From Raillietiella orientalis (taxonomy: Eukaryota): DNA of 64,000 bases. A model generated the notes under the pieces. That model saw only the letters and a program-made list of their open reading frames with translations, did not search any database and was not told the DNA's origin. The stretch is from contig JAYWIR010000007.1 of assembly GCA_036172245.1 (NCBI GenBank), positions 2,108,001-2,172,000 of the forward strand, read 5' to 3'. Both the position numbers and the translations under genes were made by a program. Below, piece after piece: positions 60,301-64,000 of the stretch (positions are counted from its first letter, which is position 1; each line of letters starts with the position of its first letter).

Positions 60301-61960
60301 TCGCAGCATTTGGCAGAGCTTGTTCAGGCGTGCCCGTCGTTCCCGCGACGACCATCCAGGGATTCCGGACGACGGCGGGGTTGGATGAGGTGGAGGTCTC
60401 CGTTCCCCCGACCCCCTTCTGGGGAAGAAAGGAAGGCGGGGGAGAGTGCCCCTTCTGCTGGCGGCAGCGACAACCTCCTGATGGCTGAGGGAGCGGGCGG
60501 GGCGGAAGGGGTCGGTGAAGGAAGGAAACGCAAGGGTCGCAGACGCAACGCAAGGTGCCGCTCCTCGCTCCCGCCCGCCGCTCCGCCCCTCCTCCTCGCT
60601 CCGAAGGCGCCCCGTGATGGCGGATGACTTCGCAGCTGCCCTAGCCAGGTGCCAGCGAGTGAGCGTCCGCCCGCGGCTGCTAGGAAACGCAGCGAGAGCG
60701 CTGCCGCGCGCTCCGCGTGGTGCCTGGGCAAGCAGCGCGGATACTCCGGCGGCGATCGCCGTGGCAACCGCCCCGGGACCGAGGCGGAGAAGGGAAAGCA
60801 AAAAAAAAAAAAAGAGCGAAGCGGCCCTCGCCTTCTTTCCCTCTCTTTCCTCCCTCCCTCCCCTCCGAGCGCAGGGACCCAGCCCCGACAGTACCGGGAA
60901 GGATGGAAAGAAACAGGCAGTGAAAAGGAAAGGGGGAAAGGAGCTGCCATCTCCCTCGCGAGCAAGAGGGAGCCTCCACTCACCCACCACCTCTCCTGGA
61001 GCCTCCCGGGAAGGAACGACTAAAAAGGCTGGAGTGGGATGGGAGGGCTGGCGGATGAGGGGAAAGGGTGAAACGAAAATAGCAGTGGGGAACCCGAACG
61101 TTTTCCTATCCCACCCTTTCCGTTCGCTCCAGAAATAGGCGAGCTCTTCCTGATGCGCCTTCTCCGCCTTCGCTTGGATCGCCGGGATCCTCGAGACTTC
61201 GTCGTTGCCATGGACGCGGATTGAGCAAGCGGGTCTCGGAGCGGTCGCCGTCCCCCGAAGGAAGCGCGGAAAAGACCTCCAGGAAAATGGAAAAAAAAAA
61301 AAAAAAAACAGGGGGAAGAGGGGAAAGGAAGGGAGGTCATACAGCGCGGGCTGAGCCATCGACTCGCGCACCCGAGCGAATGAGGCGACAAAAAAAAAAA
61401 AAAAAAAAAGTCCTCGGGCGATCCTGCCCGTCGCTGGCCGGCCGGAAGGAAAGCGCGCGCGAGCGCGAGCGCCTGTGGAGGAGCGGAGCCGTCTTCCCCC
61501 CTTCTCCGCCCCGGTCGAGCGAGGGTGCACGCAAGCGGAACCGGGGGAAATCGCTCGCCGGTCCGCACGCACTGAAAGAGCCACGGCGGCTTCCCCCGAG
61601 CGGCGACGAGCACGCCGCCAAGCCGAGCGGAAATCCGCGCATGGAGAGTTAGGGAAGGGGGAGCCGCGCTGCGCGAGGGGCCGCCGCGAGGTCGGCAGGA
61701 CCTTGCCCTCAACCCCCTCCCTCGCGGAGGGAGGGCGGAGAGCGCGGGGCGCCATCGATCCCTCACTCCCAGCAGTACCTGGCGCAGCCCGGGCACGTCT
61801 CCCACGGCGGTTCCATCCGCGGCGACCACCCAGACGATCTGTGGCTCTGGGTTTCCTCTGGCGGAACAGTCGATGACGGCGCCGGTGGAGTTGGAGAAGT
61901 CCTTCTTGTTAGGAGGCTCGCTCAGGAACAGGGGCCCGTACGAGTCGTCATCAGCAAGGG
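21270..61960 (-). CDS. Dscam1: Hypervariable Down syndrome cell adhesion molecule (Dscam1/Dscam-hv), 5'-incomplete gene span
   Basis: Ordered GT-AG exons with compatible phases encoding Ig1-Ig9, FN1-4, Ig10, FN5-6, TM and a cytoplasmic tail; tandem alternative exons at Ig2, Ig3, Ig7 and TM. Confidence 0.98.
21499..21562 (-). CDS. Dscam1: Dscam cytoplasmic exon (AEGDVILGENGSEETRKLLDK)
   Basis: tttccag acceptor, gtgagc donor, phase-compatible; SEExRKL motif. Confidence 0.75.
21626..21920 (-). CDS. Dscam1: Dscam cytoplasmic exon (YTRV..SPEYDDP..SPEAPLPPPR..TECD)
   Basis: Conserved PEYDDP and SPExPxPPPR motifs; GT-AG bounded. Confidence 0.85.
22016..22155 (-). CDS. Dscam1: Dscam cytoplasmic exon (DEDICPYATFHLLGFREEMDP)
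   Basis: Highly conserved ICPYATFHLLGFREE motif; GT-AG bounded. Confidence 0.92.
22557..22691 (-). CDS. Dscam1: Dscam cytoplasmic exon (SHATWDPRK..)
   Basis: HxTWDPR motif; 135 nt, symmetric phase 1-1. Confidence 0.75.
22976..23128 (-). CDS. Dscam1: Dscam juxtamembrane cytoplasmic exon (RDELGYIPPPNRKLPPVPG..CDR)
   Basis: Conserved RDELGY and PPNRKLPPVPG motifs. Confidence 0.92.
23251..23439 (-). CDS. Dscam1: Dscam alternative transmembrane exon TM2
   Basis: GTVAP..SWFDLNIIVPVVATTVVLLVGIAVVYVAVTRR; phase 1-1. Confidence 0.9.
23482..23661 (-). CDS. Dscam1: Dscam alternative transmembrane exon TM1
   Basis: GTVSS..LPFYMNLNMVVPVAAALLVIVVALVVVCVLRGR; phase 1-1. Confidence 0.9.
23804..23970 (-). 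CDS. Dscam1: Dscam FN6 C-terminal exon
   Basis: EWTIVSSNVKPGGNFVVLDLLPATWYDLRVTAHNKAG..EFATLT. Confidence 0.93.
24054..24230 (-). CDS. Dscam1: Dscam FN5/FN6 exon
   Basis: IGHGEES..FIEASSNSVTLHLSAWSDGGCPMSYFIVEYK. Confidence 0.93.
24386..24620 (-). CDS. Dscam1: Dscam FN5 exon
   Basis: PPYPPQI..PIHGFVLKYKPE..LWCGTRYQV..AYN. Confidence 0.93.
24730..24993 (-). CDS. Dscam1: Dscam Ig10 exon
   Basis: VPAKIASFD..LPCQAVG..DAGEYRCEAENLLGQDSVTHRL. Confidence 0.93.
25074..25227 (-). CDS. Dscam1: Dscam FN4 C-terminal exon
   Basis: YEFWVTASSSVGEG. Confidence 0.92.
25301..25440 (-). CDS. Dscam1: Dscam FN4 N-terminal exon
   Basis: VPDSPAEIKALVLSADSILVSWRPPEHPNGVITHYKVY. Confidence 0.92.
25581..25736 (-). 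CDS. Dscam1: Dscam FN3 C-terminal exon
   Basis: LQGLKKFTNYSIEVLAYTGSGDG..CTTEQD. Confidence 0.92.
25827..26068 (-). CDS. Dscam1: Dscam FN2/FN3 exon
   Basis: YAIVLQAFNKVGPGPLS..TAEGIP..SCTVLTS..NGEIRGYKIFY. Confidence 0.92.
26165..26384 (-). CDS. Dscam1: Dscam FN2 N-terminal exon
   Basis: WQPPAREDWNGDIQGYYVGYK..FETVEF. Confidence 0.92.
26456..26755 (-). CDS. Dscam1: Dscam FN1 exon
   Basis: EVPYGIKVLNKNGRSVQLSWNAPYDGNS..YHLRIVATNEIGASDPSD. Confidence 0.94.
27013..27161 (-). CDS. Dscam1: Dscam Ig9 C-terminal exon
   Basis: TIREEI..REDSAVYSCVATNAFGSDNTSINLIVQ. Confidence 0.93.
27211..27358 (-). CDS. Dscam1: Dscam Ig9 N-terminal exon
   Basis: APPQFEIKFRNQTVKRGDSTVLVCDAKGEAPIGILWN. Confidence 0.93.
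27413..27589 (-). CDS. Dscam1: Dscam Ig8 C-terminal exon
   Basis: DGTLLIYNIQKSHEGYYLCEATNGIGAGLSAV. Confidence 0.93.
27668..27787 (-). CDS. Dscam1: Dscam Ig8 N-terminal exon
   Basis: VPPRWVIEPKD..IECKADGFPKPSISWKKA. Confidence 0.93.
29612..29899 (-). CDS. Dscam1: Dscam Ig7 variable exon 9.8
   Basis: VPPKIIPFTF..LTCLIPEGDLPLSISW..SGLYTCSARNEAG..LLVH; 288 nt, phase 1-1. Confidence 0.93.
30172..30459 (-). CDS. Dscam1: Dscam Ig7 variable exon 9.7
   Basis: VPPKILPFSF..LQCVTVTGDPPLKLWW..AGNYTCAAEN..LRVN; 288 nt. Confidence 0.93.
30790..31077 (-). CDS. Dscam1: Dscam Ig7 variable exon 9.6
   Basis: VPPEILPFTF..LQCVVALGDLPLQMSW..SGNYTCTAAN..LVVN; 288 nt. Confidence 0.93.
31626..31910 (-). CDS. Dscam1: Dscam Ig7 variable exon 9.5
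   Basis: DVPEIVPFSF..VQCVVSKGDLPVQITW..AGNYTCLARN..LIIN; 285 nt. Confidence 0.93.
32188..32475 (-). CDS. Dscam1: Dscam Ig7 variable exon 9.4
   Basis: DLPQITPFSF..VQCIVPKGDLPLVVSW..TGNYTCVARN..LTVN; 288 nt. Confidence 0.93.
32979..33263 (-). CDS. Dscam1: Dscam Ig7 variable exon 9.3
   Basis: VPPHIAPFSF..VTCHVPKGDVPIEIRW..AGVYTCTATN..LTVT; 285 nt; weaker AAG acceptor. Confidence 0.9.
33627..33908 (-). CDS. Dscam1: Dscam Ig7 variable exon 9.2
   Basis: VPPAILPF..MNCFVTKGDEPLEIRW..SGVYTCTAIN..VTVN; 282 nt. Confidence 0.93.
34083..34367 (-). CDS. Dscam1: Dscam Ig7 variable exon 9.1
   Basis: VAPSINAFKF..LNCIVSKGDLPLSISW..SGTYTCTASN..LVVN; 285 nt. Confidence 0.93.
35244..35405 (-). CDS. Dscam1: Dscam Ig6 C-terminal exon
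   Basis: GRVLPVNKKQKVFPNGTLFIENVQR..YTCVVKNAQGYS..VEVM. Confidence 0.94.
35724..35986 (-). CDS. Dscam1: Dscam Ig5/Ig6 exon
   Basis: GDVMSQLNIT..DGGSYKCLATSKVG..GLPYVRPM..CPAAGYPI. Confidence 0.93.
36121..36265 (-). CDS. Dscam1: Dscam Ig5 N-terminal exon
   Basis: LQCSATGNPVPEITWQLDG. Confidence 0.92.
36365..36619 (-). CDS. Dscam1: Dscam Ig4 exon
   Basis: APLTATVEPQTQVVEFGR..KGMYQCFVEND..ELKLGGR. Confidence 0.94.
36691..36872 (-). CDS. Dscam1: Dscam Ig3 constant C-terminal exon
   Basis: WYR..SGILIIKEARVEDSGKYICVANNSVGGESVETVLTVT; accepts phase-2 exon-6 variants. Confidence 0.94.
39839..39959 (-). CDS. Dscam1: Dscam Ig3 variable exon 6.12
   Basis: EPAGRVSPLVSGESFLFREFCKGGAAQLVCHAHGYPAPAF; 121 nt, tag/gtgagt, phase 1-2. 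Confidence 0.85.
40105..40225 (-). CDS. Dscam1: Dscam Ig3 variable exon 6.11
   Basis: ESKIETAPAITGSDLSRSRAEKSKDVSLVCDIQANPRPSTR; 121 nt. Confidence 0.85.
42177..42306 (-). CDS. Dscam1: Dscam Ig3 variable exon 6.10
   Basis: VPVGDVPPRRSGDRFEGGRIVHTGHGGASTMLCDVTGFPPPASR; 130 nt. Confidence 0.88.
42360..42489 (-). CDS. Dscam1: Dscam Ig3 variable exon 6.9
   Basis: DPGSSVAPRSPGKRYHGGEIVAAGERSVACLSCAVSGSPVPTFR; 130 nt. Confidence 0.88.
42895..43024 (-). CDS. Dscam1: Dscam Ig3 variable exon 6.8
   Basis: GPVGTVAPTYVGLRAEGGILIKATVREAANLICGVTGLPAPTFR; 130 nt. Confidence 0.88.
44238..44364 (-). CDS. Dscam1: Dscam Ig3 variable exon 6.7
   Basis: APSSSVVPRSKDVEIANVRKTAGVTRPASLVCQVQGFPVPEQR; 127 nt. Confidence 0.88.
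45435..45558 (-). CDS. Dscam1: Dscam Ig3 variable exon 6.6
   Basis: EPMSTVPPRLIDGVIIEGRLARADLSLALVCRAQGYPVPETR; 124 nt. Confidence 0.92.
45593..45716 (-). CDS. Dscam1: Dscam Ig3 variable exon 6.5
   Basis: VPISLLPPSLTEDEKYERTAAVRGLHAALPCAARGFPAPSHR; 124 nt. Confidence 0.88.
49026..49152 (-). CDS. Dscam1: Dscam Ig3 variable exon 6.4
   Basis: VPRTDVPPALKDTSSIGTKLTSRSAHAAVMTCDIQAFPAPTAR; 127 nt. Confidence 0.9.
50196..50316 (-). CDS. Dscam1: Dscam Ig3 variable exon 6.3
   Basis: EPLSDVAPKVPEAVMRYIDVTSGELALILCEIQAHPAPYFR; 121 nt. Confidence 0.92.
50625..50748 (-). CDS. Dscam1: Dscam Ig3 variable exon 6.2
   Basis: EPLSTVPPRFLDGVVSEGRYARAGPSLALLCRAQGHPAPQSR; 124 nt. Confidence 0.92.
50783..50906 (-). 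CDS. Dscam1: Dscam Ig3 variable exon 6.1
   Basis: VPLAPAPPRLAENERFARMVAARGLHATLPCAAPAFPAPGRR; 124 nt. Confidence 0.87.
51161..51186 (-). promoter_or_regulatory. Exon-6 cluster docking site (splicing regulatory RNA element)
   Basis: Transcript strand reads ATCAGCCTGAATGTTGGGACGCGGC, between exon 5 and the first exon-6 variant; the core GCCTGAATGTTGGGA matches my recollection of the insect Dscam1 docking core; complementary elements occur within the cluster. Confidence 0.85.
51490..52576. repeat. Long-range inverted repeat (51490-51513 / 52553-52576), LCR-like RNA stem
   Basis: gtgcgggtggccgaattcccttcg versus the reverse complement of cgaagggaattcggccatccgcac: 23 of 24 positions identical. 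Confidence 0.85.
52631..52780 (-). CDS. Dscam1: Dscam Ig2 constant C-terminal exon (exon 5)
   Basis: SKYLVLPSGELYIRDVTLEDG..FRCRTVHKLTGETRLSATAGKLVVT; 150 nt. Confidence 0.96.
54415..54576 (-). CDS. Dscam1: Dscam Ig2 variable exon 4.7
   Basis: VVAQFYQPNVLDEFVLLGNAAVFKCHVPSFVSDFTGVTSW; 162 nt, phase 1-1. Confidence 0.94.
55189..55350 (-). CDS. Dscam1: Dscam Ig2 variable exon 4.6
   Basis: VVYQSYETRVNDEFVLRGNVGVLRCILPSFAQDAVAVQAW; 162 nt. Confidence 0.94.
55389..55550 (-). CDS. Dscam1: Dscam Ig2 variable exon 4.5
   Basis: VVFQHYLTRVIDEVVLSGNSALLKCLIPSFVVDFVGVTDW; 162 nt. Confidence 0.94.
55843..56007 (-). CDS. Dscam1: Dscam Ig2 variable exon 4.4
   Basis: VIDQDFVSEADNEFVILGNAALLRCEIPSFVADFVLLHSW; 165 nt. 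Confidence 0.94.
56333..56500 (-). CDS. Dscam1: Dscam Ig2 variable exon 4.3
   Basis: VSAQLYEAEVLTEYVMSGNAALLKCSIPSYLSDLVRVQSW; 168 nt. Confidence 0.94.
56758..56919 (-). CDS. Dscam1: Dscam Ig2 variable exon 4.2
   Basis: VVSQSYQAEVANEHVILGNSAVLKCSVPSFVADFVQLSSW; 162 nt. Confidence 0.94.
57213..57371 (-). CDS. Dscam1: Dscam Ig2 variable exon 4.1
   Basis: VVFQEYDVDPLKEYAIVGNSVLVKCQVPNFVAEHVTVHSW; 159 nt. Confidence 0.94.
58783..58921 (-). CDS. Dscam1: Dscam Ig1 C-terminal exon
   Basis: VLPNGTLIFPPFRAEDYRQEVHAQTYRCLASNAVGVIYSRDTHVRA. Confidence 0.96.
61779..61960 (-). CDS. Dscam1: Dscam Ig1 N-terminal exon
   Basis: GPLFLSEPPNKKDFSNSTGAVIDCSARGNPEPQIVW..DGTAVGDVPGLRQ. Confidence 0.96.
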
Positions 61961-64000
61961 CTGCAAGGCAACAAGACAACGGCTCTAGGGGCGCGAAGAA
62001 AACCACGCGGAGGGAGGGAGGGGGTAAGGAATTGAGCCCTTCCTTACTGCGGACGCGCACGACTACTCCCCTCGCCATCGGACCGGAAACACGTCTCCAA
62101 AGCTCTGCCCTTGAAGCAGCCAGGGGTGCCTTCGCAGTCGCGGCCGTGAAAACGGCGCTTTCCCACGGTAGTCGCAGCCATGGTAACGCCCGCTCGTCCG
62201 ACCGACCGACCGCTGTCGTCTCGCTACGGAAACAACCCGCCAACAACTCCCAGTCCTTACGTTAGGCCCCCCCCTCCCCCTCAACTATCATCGTAAGAAT
62301 GGCATCCCGCGTCCTCGTCTCTTGCCCGCCCTCATCGCGGGCGTCCACCCATCACGCAAGCGCGTCTGCTCTGCTCAGGAAGGACACCAAATCCGAGGTT
62401 CACAGCAAGGTCAGAAGAGGGCCACGTCTCCCGGCTCCGTGCCCGGACTCACGCGTTCCGACTTTGCCGGGCTCCCCGCGCGCCACCCGCCGCTGCTCGA
62501 AATCCTCTGGGTGCCGCCGGAGCCGCGGGCTGCCACCCATCCCGTGCTATGGCAGACCGAGGCAGCGTAGTGGAGAGGGACGAACGAACCGAGCCCTCGC
62601 GCACCACGTGCCGATGACCCCATCCGCGCGAAGGATGGACCCGTCGTGTCTTCTCCCACGGGAAACGGTGAGACGCGAGGCGCTCGGTGGCCGCCATCCT
62701 GGAGGAAGGAGAGCAGCCGCAGATCATGGGGAGGAGGAGGGAAGGTCACAGCACGAACCACGCGCGCACAATCCTCCTCCTCTTCCACCTCTACTGCTGC
62801 GTCCCCCTCCCTTCCCCCCGCTGCGCCTGTGACTCGGAAAGTGGCGCACACGCGGCGGGTTGTTTCGAAGCCAGCAGGGTGCGCGGAGCACACGCTCCAG
62901 AGGTGTTGTCTTGCGGCGAAGAGCGCCTCCGAGGAAGATGCCCTCTCTGTTCCCTTTCACGTCTCTGCCAAACAAAACCATCCGAATGCTGAGTGACCTC
63001 CAGGCTCGCCCCCTCCCCCCCCCCCCACTCGCACCCCGAGCTTCCCATCCCAGCCGAGGCGCAAGGGCCTTTCTGAGCTTCCTCCAAGAGACGGCGACCG
63101 CTCCGAGACCCGCTCACTCAAGCCGCGTCCATAGCAACGGCGAAGTCCCGAGGATCCCCGCGATCCAAGCATCAAAGAGAGCTCAGGTGGCGCCTTTCCC
63201 AGGACAAACTTTGCGCGGGGGTGGAAGGGGGTGGAGAGCCAGGCGTCCGCTGCCCGCCCTTCCGAGGGTCCACGTACAGAGTCCTCCAGGTCGGCGACGG
63301 TCGCGCCAGCCGGGTCGGCGCCAGGTCGCGCGGACAGTGCGGGGGGCAGAGGGAGCGAGGCGGCAGCTCGAAGTCTGCAGAGCCCGCGGCGGAGCTTGCG
63401 CGCGTGCGAGTGGGCCGATCCATGTCTCTCCGGTCTGGTCGAGGGAGGAAGAGGGCGGAGGGGATATAGGGAAGCCGGCCGTGGGGGCGACGAAGAGCAG
63501 AGAGCAGACCGGCCGCTGCAGACCTGCGGAGGGCCATGCCCGCTCGGGCACGAAGCTCATGCGTGCGCGCCTAGATCCGAGACGCGAGACAGCGCCGTTC
63601 CTCTCCCGCCGCCGCGGAGGTACCAGGCCGCGACCCGGGAGGTCACCGTCCGAAGAGAAACGTGCGAGAGATGCCTCCACACCGAGGACGAGACGGCCCG
63701 GTCACCTCCACCCCCACCTAGCCTCGCACACTTCTCTCAGCCAGGAGGAAGGGGGGAGCAGGAAGAAGCCCGAGGGCAAAAGAGGATCGGACAGGGATGG
63801 TCCGACGGAGGCGACTTTGCTCGCCTCTCCTCCCACGACGGCGCGCGCAGAGCAGAAGGGCGCGCCTTTCTGCGACAGAGCGCGAGAGGGAGCGGCGGAC
63901 GGCGCCCAGCGACGGGCTGACGACGACACGGAGAGAGGTCGGCATGGCCGCAGCAGGCGGAACCTGGGGGCGGAAGGCCTTCGGCGCCCCTCCCGGCAAC

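Noticed and set aside
59557..61755. 732-aa ORF inside Dscam
   Set aside because: Lies in the intron splitting Ig1; low-complexity translation with poly-Phe from poly-T tracts
61961..64000. Dscam signal-peptide exon
   Set aside because: No convincing ATG plus hydrophobic segment plus phase-1 donor found; probably upstream of the window

Overview
Eukaryotic (arthropod, most likely pancrustacean) genomic DNA. Most of the long ORFs in the supplied track are artefacts of GC-rich, low-complexity sequence. The minus strand from about 61960 to 21270 carries a nearly complete hypervariable Dscam1 gene (10 Ig + 6 FNIII + TM + cytoplasmic tail ending YDTVAV); no signal-peptide exon was found. Reading splice sites by hand gave four mutually exclusive exon clusters: 7 Ig2 (exon-4-like), 12 Ig3 (exon-6-like), 8 Ig7 (exon-9-like) and 2 TM (exon-17-like) variants, i.e. 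at least 672 ectodomains and 1344 isoforms with TM choice. The non-coding control layer is also visible: an exon-6 docking-site core (GCCTGAATGTTGGGA), selector-like complements (two overlapping the coding end and 5' splice site of the preceding variant), a 24-nt long-range stem with internal hairpins resembling a locus control region, 34-42 nt introns between neighbouring variants, a duplicated two-exon cassette and possible decayed exon-6 relics. An AT-rich, CpG-poor block (about 9.2-17 kb) holds convergent MEA1 (+) and WDPCP/fritz (-) genes. An exon of a small secreted Tyr/Asp-rich protein lies at the left edge. All coordinates were derived by hand and need computational confirmation.
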